Shown here: one piece after another, positions 9,962 to 19,868 of the stretch
Layout: each line of letters starts with the position of its first letter
Position numbering within the stretch: position 1 is the first letter of the stretch
Source: an uncultured Bacteroidota bacterium
Lineage (GTDB): Bacteria > Bacteroidota > Ignavibacteria > UBA10030 > UBA6906
DNA: 64,000 nt
Assembly: GCA_963700635.1 (NCBI GenBank)
Contig: CAVOYH010000003.1
Location: forward strand, 320,001-384,000
Direction of reading: 5' to 3'
Program-made: the position numbers and the translations under genes
Notes under the pieces: model-generated
Told to the model about the DNA's origin: nothing
The model's database searches: none
What the model saw: the letters and a program-made list of their open reading frames with translations, nothing else

Positions 9962-10104
9962 AATGGGACTCCCGGTTGAGGGACGTTGTGGGTGTGACAA
10001 ATGTACAGAACTCGCGTGCAAAAGGAAAATTGAGTCCACCAGGTGCATTTTGTTTTTCCATTTCCCATCTTGTCGTATCCTATCTCCCATCCGGAGCTCC
10101 ACCC

Positions 10105-12180
10105 ATGAAACGATCACTGATTCTTATTCTTGCATGCGCGTTCCTTCTCCTGGTTCCCGTCCTTATGTCTGCACAAACCCCGGCAGCATTCGATGGAAAC
10201 TGGGAACTGATCCCCCAATCCAGCGCTGACATAGACCATTTCCGGTCGCTGGCACTCACGATCAGAACCGAAGGGAAAACCCTCACGGTAATTCAGACCT
10301 GGCGTGCCCGCCTTACAGTCGTAGACTCGGTCACCCTTGTGCCCGGGGCAAAGGAGATCGAGGTCCCGGTGACCGACTGGGTGAACCCGCTTAATGTGTA
10401 CATGGGTATGCGCCGGCCCGAAGGCAGCAAACGGTTTCTCTCCGCCCGGTTTGAAGACGCCGGAAGGACACTTCTTGTTCAGGAGAGATTAACCCATCAC
10501 GGCTCGCAGGGATCCAAACCGGTAAGCGTAACACACCGGTATGCACTCACAGATGAGAAGGGCATCCTGACCTACACGATGACCCGTTCAACGCGCAAAA
10601 CCGGACCGGAGGTGGTGTACACATTCAAGGAAAAAGGTTCGCGTCATGGGTACGTGATCCGGCTCAAGGAAGATTTTACCATTCCCGCCGACCTTCCCTC
10701 AAATTCGATGATGATCTCCCTGCAGGGACTTGCAAATAAAAAAGGGCCCCTCGTGTATTTGCTCTACCCGAATGATTGGCCGTTTACGTACGTGAGTGCT
10801 GTGTTTGATTTCTACAAATCAAAACGGCATTACACATTTACCGAACTCCGGACCGCTGCCGATGCCGTAAAGGCCCTGGCCCGGTATGCGAAAGGATACG
10901 TGGTGTGGGATACCTCGGTGCGTACATCGCTGATTGTCGCATTCACCGTAGCCGGCCTGGAAGAGGCGGTCGTGGTGAGTGAAGCGGAAATTCCGCTCGT
11001 TCAGGCGGCGGGACTCAAACCGGTGGAGGATTTCCGTGGCAAGTTTGCAGGCATGAACGATGCCCAGATCTACACATGGGCCTACAACCGCTACTGGGCC
11101 CGCTGCAGCAGGGAATATATCATCTGGCTGGGCGGTGAACACGGAACTATGATGAAACCTGCGGTGGCCGACTGGGGTATTGTGAAGGGAGTGTTCTTTA
11201 ATGATCTTTCAACGCGTGTGACGGACAAAGAGGAATTCGCCCTTGCGGACCGTTTGCTGTCGGAGATGAAACCCATGTCGATGGTGATGGGCTGGCATTC
11301 ATACAAGAAAGACCTCGAAGAAGAGCATGTCGCGCTGACATCGAAGTACGGCCATCGCGTGGAAGGCCTGAACTCCCTTCCGAATCTGAGTTTCAGTTCG
11401 CAGATTTCCGTTTCACCGGGATTTGTCTTCAAAAACAACCACAACGTGAAACCCGGCGAAAAGATAGTGCCGAAAGAAAAGGTCTATATCGCGTGCATTC
11501 AGACTGACGGGATGGGGCTTGGTGCGTGGGAGAAACCCGGCCGTGGCGATATTCCCTATGCGTGGGAATGCCTGATGAACTACACCTGGATGGCTCCGGG
11601 CATGGCCGAGTATTTCTACTCAACCGCGACGCCCAATGACTATCAGATCGGCTGCCTCTCGGGACCCGGCTACTTGTATCCAAAGGCCGTGCCGCCGAAG
11701 TATCTGAAACAGCTCATCACCATGGCAAACGATCAGATGAAGACTCTCGATCTTCGTGTGTTTGAAACCATGGATTGGTCCGAGGGCTCCGAGGTGGAAG
11801 GGAATACGGATCTGACACAGAGCGTTATCGACATGTATTACGATGGTATGCCCGAGGCGATCGGGTTCGTAAACGGATATGGAGCGGGGTACACCTTTAC
11901 GGTGCGCGACGGCCGTCCCATGATTTCCTTTGACTATTATCTCTCCCCCCACCGTCCCGAAGCCGATGCTGTGGCGGACCTCGAGGAACTGGCGACGCTC
12001 AACACCAAGCGTCCGTACTTTTTACTTGTTCACGTGCGCGAGTACAGCGATGTGAAGAGAGTCAAAGGTATTCTGGACAAACTCGGGCCGGAGTTCGAAG
12101 TCGTCCCTCTGGATGTCTTCCTTACAATGGCAGGAACCAAGCCCACGTTTGAAAAACGAGTGCTGGAAAGTCCACGGTAA
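10105..12180 (+). CDS. GxGYxYP-family putative glycoside hydrolase with an extra N-terminal domain
   Basis: SGPGYLYP motif, SLQGLANK and KGYVVWD N-domain motifs, PNLSF, YSTATPND. Signal peptide ending MSA|Q. Confidence 0.85.
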   Translation: MKRSLILILACAFLLLVPVLMSAQTPAAFDGNWELIPQSSADIDHFRSLALTIRTEGKTLTVIQTWRARLTVVDSVTLVPGAKEIEVPVTDWVNPLNVYMGMRRPEGSKRFLSARFEDAGRTLLVQERLTHHGSQGSKPVSVTHRYALTDEKGILTYTMTRSTRKTGPEVVYTFKEKGSRHGYVIRLKEDFTIPADLPSNSMMISLQGLANKKGPLVYLLYPNDWPFTYVSAVFDFYKSKRHYTFTELRTAADAVKALARYAKGYVVWDTSVRTSLIVAFTVAGLEEAVVVSEAEIPLVQAAGLKPVEDFRGKFAGMNDAQIYTWAYNRYWARCSREYIIWLGGEHGTMMKPAVADWGIVKGVFFNDLSTRVTDKEEFALADRLLSEMKPMSMVMGWHSYKKDLEEEHVALTSKYGHRVEGLNSLPNLSFSSQISVSPGFVFKNNHNVKPGEKIVPKEKVYIACIQTDGMGLGAWEKPGRGDIPYAWECLMNYTWMAPGMAEYFYSTATPNDYQIGCLSGPGYLYPKAVPPKYLKQLITMANDQMKTLDLRVFETMDWSEGSEVEGNTDLTQSVIDMYYDGMPEAIGFVNGYGAGYTFTVRDGRPMISFDYYLSPHRPEADAVADLEELATLNTKRPYFLLVHVREYSDVKRVKGILDKLGPEFEVVPLDVFLTMAGTKPTFEKRVLESPR

Positions 12181-12226
12181 CGGCACACAGACTCGATGAT
12201 GGCAGCTCACATGACGGAGAACCGCT

Positions 12227-13455
12227 GTGACTTCGCGTGAACGCGTCCTCGCCGCCCTTGACCATCAGACACCGGACCGGGTGCCTCTGGACTTTTCCGG
12301 ACATCGGTCTTCCGGGATTCATGCTCTGGCCTATGCCCGGCTCCGGAAATACCTTCACCTGCATGAACGCCCCCTGCGTATCTATGACGTGATTCAGCAG
12401 ATGGCGGTAGTGGATGATGATGTCCTCGAACTGTTCGGCGTGGACACGATCGAACTCGGGCGTGCGTTTGCTCAGGAAGCTTCTTCCTGGCACGACTGGG
12501 TCCTGCCGGATGGAACGCCATGTCAGGTGCCTGTATGGATCAGTCCGGAGCGGGAAGGGAACAGATGGGTCCTGCGATCACACTCCGGCCGGATTCTCGC
12601 CCAGATGCCCGACGGGGCCTTGTATTTTGAACAGACCTACTATCCTTTTCTGGATGGAACTGAAAACTTCGACGCTCTTCCGGAAGCTTTTGCCGAATCC
12701 ATGTGGACGGCCTATGCCTCGCCACCTGGTCCGATTGCAGACGGACCCGAAGGCACGCGGAGATTCATCGAGGGTGCAAAGGCCCTCCGGGCACGTTCGG
12801 ACCGGGCCATCCTGGCGCTCTTCGGAGGGAATCTTCTGGAGGTAGGGCAATTTCTCTACCGGAATGACGTCTTTTTTATGCTCCTGGCAGGCGAGCCCGA
12901 ACGGGCCCATGATTTTCTTGAGCATGTGGTGAATCATCACCTCCGCAATCTCGAATCGTTTCTCGGGAAGGTCGGCCCGTATGTTGATGTTGTGGTCTTC
13001 GGTGACGACCTCGGCATGCAGACCGGTCCGCAGATCTCTCCCGCAATGTACCGGGAGTTCTTTAAACCCCGCCACGCGCGGATGTGGAAGAGGGCGAAGG
13101 AACTCGCGGACGTAAAAGTGATGCTCCATTGTTGCGGCGGCGTGCGGGAGTTGCTCCCGACCTTATTGATGCAGGATTGGATGCAATCAATCCGGTCCAG
13201 ATCACCTGCCGGGGAATGGAAGCTTCATCCCTGAAGCGTGATTTCGGACATCAGATTACATTCTGGGGTGGCGGGTGTGATACGCGGGAAATCCTCTCCC
13301 GCGGCACACCGGAACAGATCAGGAATCACGTGCAGGAACAGATCCGGTCTCTGCATACCGGCGGAGGATTTGTGTTTCAGCAGGTTCATAACATCCTGGC
13401 CGATGTCCCTCCGGAAAACATTGTGGCGATGTTTGAGGCGGTCCGCGAGGTCTGA
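12227..13455 (+). CDS. Uroporphyrinogen decarboxylase/MtaA-CmuA methyltransferase-like protein, split by a 1-nt deletion at ~13156-13158
   Basis: MTSRERVLAAL..PDRVP, GDDLGMQ..ISP.MYREF.KP, HCCG, continuing in another frame with DLIDAGLDAINPVQ..FWGGG..HNILADVPPENI. The break lies in a C run. Confidence 0.85.
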
Positions 13456-13464
13456 GGATTTTGC

Positions 13465-13493
13465 TTGACAAAATCCGACCGGCGGTGTATGTT
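13465..13493 (+). promoter_or_regulatory. sigma70 promoter of the regulator/TonB-receptor operon
   Basis: TTGACA (13465-13470), 17-nt spacer, TATGTT (13488-13493). Confidence 0.7.
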
Positions 13494-13502
13494 ATGGTTG
13501 AC

Positions 13503-13523
13503 TAAAGTCATCAAATGACTTTA
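13503..13523. promoter_or_regulatory. Palindromic operator, probable GntR/FadR binding site
   Basis: Perfect inverted repeat TAAAGTCAT-CAA-ATGACTTTA just downstream of the -10 box, overlapped by a second palindrome TGACT-AA-AGTCA (13499-13510). Confidence 0.7.
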
Positions 13524-13543
13524 TCACATCACCTCCCACGTCC

Positions 13544-14091
13544 TTGAATACACGCCTGCACCGCACACGGTTGCCAGACCAGCTCGCGGAACGGCTGCAG
13601 CGGTTTATCGCCGACCGGAATCTCAAACCCGGCGAACGGGCCGACACGTGAGGTGCTGCTCGACCTTGTCGAAGCCCGCAAGGCTATCGAACTGGAGACC
13701 GCCGCCCTCGCGGCCGAGAGAATTACCCCCGAGCTGGCAGAAGAACTTGAGGACCTCCTGAACGAAGCGTCTTCTCACCTGGAGTATCCCGACGCCCTTA
13801 CTCCTATCAACATGCAGATTCACCTCTCGATCGCCTCTGCATCCGGCAACTCAGTACTCAGACATATTCTTGACGTTATCCTGGATCTGTTCCGGGAAGA
13901 GCAACGCCTGTTACTGGATATCCATGGTTTCCCACGGAGCGACTATGATGAACACAAGCACCTTGTGGAGGCAATTTGCCTTCATCACAGAACAGTGGCC
14001 ATCAGCCGTATGCGTAAGCACCTCGATGGTATACAGAAGCGTTGTCCTTGACTGGAACAGTACCAACGACCAGCAGGCGGAAAGACGCTGA
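13544..14091 (+). pseudogene. GntR/FadR-family repressor with an internal deletion of the HTH
   Basis: RTRLPDQLAERLQRFIADRNLKPGER (first wHTH helix) jumps out of frame at 13640 straight into the FCD domain (LLDLVEARKAIELETAALAAER..IHLSIASASGN..EHKHLVEAI..MRKHL). A probable extra base near 14034 would move the stop to 14091. Confidence 0.8.
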
Positions 14092-14092
14092 T

Positions 14093-17071
14093 ATGTCAAC
14101 ACCATTCTTTCACCGTACCATACTGTGCTGCATCATCGCAGCAACACTCTCCGGCGCGGCGTACGGCCAGTCGGGGAAGGTGAGCGGCATCCTCACGGAC
14201 CGTGAAACACGGGAACCTCTGGTTGGCGCGAACGTCACACTTCTCGGAACCACCCTCGGCGCTGCAACCGATGCCTCGGGCGAATACTTTATCCTGCGCG
14301 TGCCCCCGGGTGTGTACACCCTGCGCGCCGCGCTCCTGGGCTTCCATGAGGTCACTATCCGCAACGTCAGGGTAAGCATCGATCTAACCACCCGTATCGA
14401 TGTTTCTCTTGACGAGGAAAGCGTGGATATTGGGGAGGAGGTGGTCATCACCGCAGAACGGCGTGTGATTCAGAAAGACGCCACGTCCAGTACGCTCTAC
14501 GTTGATGCCGCAACCATCGCCGCACTCCCCGTTTCCGACGCTCGTGAGGCAGTACTCGTACAGAGTGGCGTCTTTTTTGATCCGATCCCCGTCATCGGAG
14601 GTCTGGGCGGATCAGGTCGCGGCGAAACACGGTATGCGGTCCGCGGGGGAACACAACAGGAAGTCAAGTGGTTCTACGATGGCGCCCGTACTACGGCACT
14701 CATTGAGGGACGCGCCGATCGCGGCGGATCGTATACCGGCGTCAATCTGGATGCCGTGCAGGAAATCCAGGTCCTCACCGGCGGCTTCAGCGCGGAATAT
14801 GGCGATGCACAGTCAGGCATCGTCAACGTCGTCACCAAAGAAGGCGGATCCCGCTATACTGCCTCGGCGGAATATGTGTACGGGTTCGCGGGCCAGCACC
14901 ACTTCGGGGCCAATCTGTTCGATCAGAACACGCAAAAAGAGTTCCGTGACCACCGACTGGCTGATGGTTCGCTCGATCCGGCCTGGTGGACGCCATACCG
15001 CCAGAAACAGATCTATGACTACACGTCAATCCCCGATCACACCGTGTACCTCAGTGTTGGTGGACCGATCTATCATGGCGAAGCCAGCAGCGCAGGTTTC
15101 TTCCTCTCCGGGGCCCTGAAGAAGGAGGCGTACACGTACCCCCACCCGCGGGACACCCGCAACAATGAGAATGTCATGGGAAACGTGACATACCAGCCCC
15201 GTCCGGATATGAAACTGCGCATCACCGGCCTCTATGCGCATGAGGCTCATTCTACGCTGCAGGAAAACGGTGACTTTACGATGCAATCGAAGTACTACCG
15301 GGGGTGGGGGTCTTTGCTTGACACGTACACCACCAGCGGAAGCGCTCAATTCACCCATACCCTCTCCCCATCGCTGTTTTATGAGGCAAAACTCAGCGCG
15401 TATTTCTTCGATAGCCACGAAACACCCAGCGAATATCTGGCGCTGGGAGAAAGCAAAAATCCGGACCTCTTCGGTTATCAACGGTACGACGGATACCAGA
15501 GTGAACCCTTCGACGCCTACTCTTACGTCCTGCGCAACCATCTGCAGAACGGAGATCTTTCGTTGACCGGAAGTGCCAGCTGGCAGGCTGATCAGTCCAA
15601 CCTGCTCAAGGCGGGATTTGAGTTCCGTTACAACACACTCGCCGAGAAGGAACTCAGCCGGTGGCCTTCTTTCACCACTGCCCCCTCCCTCTGGCTGAAT
15701 CGTGGATTAAACGAGACATTCCATCCCATCCAGTTCTCCGCCTATCTGCAGGACAAGATGGAATTCGAGAGTATGATCCTGAATCTCGGCCTGCGGTACG
15801 ACTATTTTGACCCGAACCGCGACTGGTTCTGGGGGAACAATCTGTACAATCTGAGTATCGATCCCGAGTATTCGGCGGCGAAGGATCCGGACCGCGACCA
15901 GGTGGATTCGCTGGGCCGCGTTAAGTATGCATATGAGAATGTGCTGAAAAAACCGCGGACCAAATCCCCAACATACCACCTGCTTAGTCCGCGCATCGGC
16001 GTGTCGTTCCCCATAACGGAAAACACCGTCCTTCGGTTCAATTACGGACATTTTTATCAGATGCCGCCCCTCGACTGGATGTACGAATTTAACTATTTCC
16101 GGCCGATCTATATCGTCAAGGGGATCCAGACCGAAATGTCACAACCCAGTCCAAGGCACATCGCTTCGGCAGACGGGGATCCGGAACGTGTAGTGATATT
16201 GACGAATCAACCGTTGGATCCGATGAAGACCGTGTCGTTTGAGGTTGGCATAAAACATAATTTCTCGGATTTTGTGGTGCTGGATGTGGTCGGTTTCTAC
16301 AAGGATGTTACGGACCAGACCTATCCGCGGCAAGGCATTTTTGACCGGCGTATCTACGGGTACGATCCATTCACCCGAATGACGACCGCCAACACGTTCT
16401 ATGGAAGTCTGATTCCCGGGGATTACGGTGATGCGCAGGGATTCGAGATCACACTCCGGTCCCTCTTCAGCCGGGTTCTGATGTTTGACATCAACTACAG
16501 TTTCTCGCGCTCGCTCCAGGGACGGGCCTCCCCGGCGAGGGTGAACTACGATTCGGCAGGCGTACCCACGTATGTGTACGATACCGATGTCAACAAACGG
16601 ATTCCCATCGAATCCCATTTTAGCAGACCACACATTGTCCGGACCAATCTGCTCCTCCGGTATCCCGAGGATGCGGGGGAGTCGTTCCTCAGCACAATTC
16701 TCCAGGATGCCAGCGCGAGTATCCTCTACCGGTTTACGAGCGGACAGACGTTCACTTATCTCGCTCCGGATGATCCGCCCGATACATACGACAATCAGCG
16801 ATATCCGGCATCACATACCGTGGATCTCCGGCTGGACAAGACGATTCATCTGGGCGGGAAACGTGCCCTCACGTTCTCGCTCCGTATCACCAACCTTCTG
16901 AACGCAAAAAATGTCCGTTCCATCGGGGATATTTTCTTTGATCCCAACGCCATCAAGAAATACGTCGAGACCGGTGAAGTCTCGACCGTTGATGGTGCTG
17001 GATACGACATTTCCTGGCAAACATGGTACGAAGCCCGCCGCTACTACCTGAGCGTGCGGTTCGAGCTCTAA
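14093..17071 (+). CDS. TonB-dependent receptor with N-terminal CarboxypepD_reg-like domain
   Basis: Signal peptide AYG|Q, GKVSGIL..EPLVGANV..GAATDASGEY, plug motif GGFSAEYGDAQSGIVNVVTKEG, barrel motifs LNLGLRYDYF and SPRIGVSFPIT. Confidence 0.95.
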   Translation: MSTPFFHRTILCCIIAATLSGAAYGQSGKVSGILTDRETREPLVGANVTLLGTTLGAATDASGEYFILRVPPGVYTLRAALLGFHEVTIRNVRVSIDLTTRIDVSLDEESVDIGEEVVITAERRVIQKDATSSTLYVDAATIAALPVSDAREAVLVQSGVFFDPIPVIGGLGGSGRGETRYAVRGGTQQEVKWFYDGARTTALIEGRADRGGSYTGVNLDAVQEIQVLTGGFSAEYGDAQSGIVNVVTKEGGSRYTASAEYVYGFAGQHHFGANLFDQNTQKEFRDHRLADGSLDPAWWTPYRQKQIYDYTSIPDHTVYLSVGGPIYHGEASSAGFFLSGALKKEAYTYPHPRDTRNNENVMGNVTYQPRPDMKLRITGLYAHEAHSTLQENGDFTMQSKYYRGWGSLLDTYTTSGSAQFTHTLSPSLFYEAKLSAYFFDSHETPSEYLALGESKNPDLFGYQRYDGYQSEPFDAYSYVLRNHLQNGDLSLTGSASWQADQSNLLKAGFEFRYNTLAEKELSRWPSFTTAPSLWLNRGLNETFHPIQFSAYLQDKMEFESMILNLGLRYDYFDPNRDWFWGNNLYNLSIDPEYSAAKDPDRDQVDSLGRVKYAYENVLKKPRTKSPTYHLLSPRIGVSFPITENTVLRFNYGHFYQMPPLDWMYEFNYFRPIYIVKGIQTEMSQPSPRHIASADGDPERVVILTNQPLDPMKTVSFEVGIKHNFSDFVVLDVVGFYKDVTDQTYPRQGIFDRRIYGYDPFTRMTTANTFYGSLIPGDYGDAQGFEITLRSLFSRVLMFDINYSFSRSLQGRASPARVNYDSAGVPTYVYDTDVNKRIPIESHFSRPHIVRTNLLLRYPEDAGESFLSTILQDASASILYRFTSGQTFTYLAPDDPPDTYDNQRYPASHTVDLRLDKTIHLGGKRALTFSLRITNLLNAKNVRSIGDIFFDPNAIKKYVETGEVSTVDGAGYDISWQTWYEARRYYLSVRFEL

Positions 17072-17082
17072 TGGAGAAGCAT

Positions 17083-18915
17083 ATGACTCTTTTCTCACAG
17101 AACCTTCTGCTGATAACGGCCGTCCTGGTATGCACCAGCGCTGTGCACGCACAGCTTCGTACACCCGAATATCGCATCCATGACCGCGGGGAAGTATGGG
17201 ACACCATGAAGGACAACGGCCTGATCGGCGCGCCGAATCCCACCAACCGTTTTGAATATTTTCCGAGCCTGGATTGGCCCGGCGGACCGCACACGCTTGT
17301 CAACAAAGATGAGCAACGGTCCTACAGCTACCAGGCAGGAATGTGGATCGGAGGGAAGAAGTCGGGAACCCAGATCTTCTTCACCGAGAACGGGCCATTT
17401 TCATATGTCGACAATGGGACGTTCTCTCCCATCCAGAAAAAGACCAACTTCATCGGAAGTCCGGCTTTTAACCCTGCCGAGGCTGAGGAAACGATCACGG
17501 CCGAGTGGACGACCACGGAGGGGATGCGCATAAAGCGGATAAGCAGGAGCTGGAGCCCTCCGGGTTACAATACGTTTATTCTCATTGAGTATCAGGTCAC
17601 CAATCAGACGCCGGCGCCGATGACCGATGTCTTTCTCGGCTTCCCGTACCTTCTGCGCCCCAGCTATCAGGATTTTGTGGTGCACAACGGATGGGGGGAT
17701 GATTTGAACCGGGCTGACGAGCTGGTCGGATACGACTCAACACTCCGGATGATCTATGCGTACGATGACACACCCAATTTTAGTCTCCCCTCGGACGTGG
17801 GCAATTACTGGTCGAATGCGGATGAACTCCGCACCACGGGGTATGCCGGAGTCGCGTTACTCTTCTCTGATCCGGCAACCGGGGGACGTGTGCAACCTGC
17901 CAACGTCCTCTTTGCGCAACTCCTGGGGAATGAGCGGAATTTCACGCTCACCAGCGTAACCCCTGCGAAGATGTATGATGTGCTCACCGGCGCCGACCGT
18001 TCACTCCAGGCGACGCCAGAACAGAGACTCTGTCCCTTTATGCTGATGTCCTGCGGACCCTATGCGCTGCCTGCGGGTGGAACCGTGAAGGTGGTGCTTG
18101 CCCAGGGTGTAAACGGTCTGCCGCTCAGTGATGCCGTACTCGGAATTGCCATGCAGCCCAACCTGCCTGCAGGCCTGGATTCGCTCAAAGCGACAATGAG
18201 CAGGGCGGGCCAGGTTCATACAAATAACTACCGACTTCCCGCTTTTCCCCCTCCCTCACCGGAGGCAGAGTATATCGCATTGCCCAGCTCCCGGTCCATT
18301 GCATTAACGTGGCCCCCGATCGAAGACGTACATACGAACACGGAAACAGGAGCGCGGAATTTCCAGGGATACCGGATCTACAGGAGCAGCAGGAGTTTTG
18401 TCGGACCGTACACGCTCCTCCGGACAATCAATGTGCGTTACTCCCTGGACCGGACAAGATTTATTGATGCAGCGCTCGGGAAGTGGCGGGTTCTGGATCA
18501 GACGATCGATCTCGGCGTCACGTATTTTTACACCGTCACGTCGTTCGATAGTCTTGGCAATGAAAGCGGATTCACAAACCGGAACGAGCGCGGCATCGCG
18601 GCCACAAGTCCGCCGGCCGCCAATGCTTCCGATGTCCGCGTATTTCCCAATCCCTTTCGTGAGGTGTCCGGATTTCCCACGAGGGGTGAGGAAAGCTCCA
18701 TCGTATGGACGAACCTTCCCGGCCTGGCCACGATCCGGATCTTTACCTCCAGCGGGGAGCTTGTGAAGACCATTAAACATGAGAACCAGACATCAGGGCA
18801 GGTGGTGTGGACTCAACTGTCCGATGCACGCCAACGTGTTGCCTCCGGTATCTATTTCTGGACGGTGGAGTCGCCCGTCGGAAGCTCCCGGGGCACTCTC
18901 CTGATCATCAAGTGA
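17083..18915 (+). CDS. Secreted non-catalytic-looking protein with Fn3-like domain and a variant T9SS CTD
   Basis: Signal peptide VHA|Q; FQGYRIYRS and YFYTVTSFD (Fn3-like); C-terminus VRVFPNPF..TNLPGLATIRIFTSSGELV..VASGIYFWTVE..GTLLIIK. Alternative start 17071. Confidence 0.85.
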   Translation: MTLFSQNLLLITAVLVCTSAVHAQLRTPEYRIHDRGEVWDTMKDNGLIGAPNPTNRFEYFPSLDWPGGPHTLVNKDEQRSYSYQAGMWIGGKKSGTQIFFTENGPFSYVDNGTFSPIQKKTNFIGSPAFNPAEAEETITAEWTTTEGMRIKRISRSWSPPGYNTFILIEYQVTNQTPAPMTDVFLGFPYLLRPSYQDFVVHNGWGDDLNRADELVGYDSTLRMIYAYDDTPNFSLPSDVGNYWSNADELRTTGYAGVALLFSDPATGGRVQPANVLFAQLLGNERNFTLTSVTPAKMYDVLTGADRSLQATPEQRLCPFMLMSCGPYALPAGGTVKVVLAQGVNGLPLSDAVLGIAMQPNLPAGLDSLKATMSRAGQVHTNNYRLPAFPPPSPEAEYIALPSSRSIALTWPPIEDVHTNTETGARNFQGYRIYRSSRSFVGPYTLLRTINVRYSLDRTRFIDAALGKWRVLDQTIDLGVTYFYTVTSFDSLGNESGFTNRNERGIAATSPPAANASDVRVFPNPFREVSGFPTRGEESSIVWTNLPGLATIRIFTSSGELVKTIKHENQTSGQVVWTQLSDARQRVASGIYFWTVESPVGSSRGTLLIIK

Positions 18916-18925
18916 AGGAAGTGTC

Positions 18926-19867
18926 ATGAAATCCCTTATGCTTATGCTGCTCCTGGGCATGTCCGGGTTGACTGCCATGGCACAATTTGATTATGGCTTT
19001 GATTTCTCAAAGGCCGGCACGGCAGGACTACAATCCCTCAAGATTCTTCCCGGCTCGCGTGATGCCGCGCTCGGTGGAGCGGTGGCGGCGCTCACCAACG
19101 ACGTCACATCCGTCTTCGTGAACCCGGCCGGACTGGCGTTTGTGGAGAGCCCCCAGGCATCGGCGTCCCACGTGTCATGGCTCGTCGGCAGCCGTATGGA
19201 TGCGGCGGTCGTTGCTGCTCCGCTGGGGGGATTCGTCCTGGCCGTTAGCGCCATACGCTTTGGCGTCGATGAGTTCGAAGAAACAACCGTCCGGCAGCCA
19301 ATGGGAACAGGGCGGATGGTGGCCGCCGGCGATGTGGTCATCGGACTCGCGGCAAGCCGCCGTTTTTCGGATAAATTGACCATCGGACTCCAGTTCAAAT
19401 ATGTGCGTGAAACCCTGGACCATGACGTTGTGTCAAATGTCCTGTTTGATGTCGGAACCATCTATTATACCGGCTTTCATAATCTGCGTCTGGGCTTTGC
19501 GGTTCAGCATTTCGGGCCCGACATGAAGGTCCTCGACCAGAAATTCCGCTCACCTCTTCTTTTCAGGGTCGGCGCCGGCGAAGATATCGCGCTCGCGGAA
19601 GATCACCACCTTACTGCGGGAGTGGACCTGGTCCATCCAACAGACAATAATGAGTGGGTGAATCTCGGTCTGGAATATGATATGTTAAAACTGGTCAGCC
19701 TCCGCGCAGGATACAGAATCAACGTGGAACGGGGAAAGTTCAGCATGGGGGCGGGGGTTCATCCTCCGGCCGTGGCAGGCATATCCCTCAGCGTCGACTA
19801 TGCCTACACGCACTTTGATGCCACCATGGAACCAATCCAGCAATTTTCTCTACTTGTTTCATTCTGA
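18926..19867 (+). CDS. PorV/PorQ-family outer-membrane beta-barrel
   Basis: KAGTAGLQSLKILPGSRDAALGGA..VFVNPAGLA, FDVGTIYYTG, LRAGY, VDYAY and a C-terminal Phe. Confidence 0.9.
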   Translation: MKSLMLMLLLGMSGLTAMAQFDYGFDFSKAGTAGLQSLKILPGSRDAALGGAVAALTNDVTSVFVNPAGLAFVESPQASASHVSWLVGSRMDAAVVAAPLGGFVLAVSAIRFGVDEFEETTVRQPMGTGRMVAAGDVVIGLAASRRFSDKLTIGLQFKYVRETLDHDVVSNVLFDVGTIYYTGFHNLRLGFAVQHFGPDMKVLDQKFRSPLLFRVGAGEDIALAEDHHLTAGVDLVHPTDNNEWVNLGLEYDMLKLVSLRAGYRINVERGKFSMGAGVHPPAVAGISLSVDYAYTHFDATMEPIQQFSLLVSF

Positions 19868-19868
19868 T

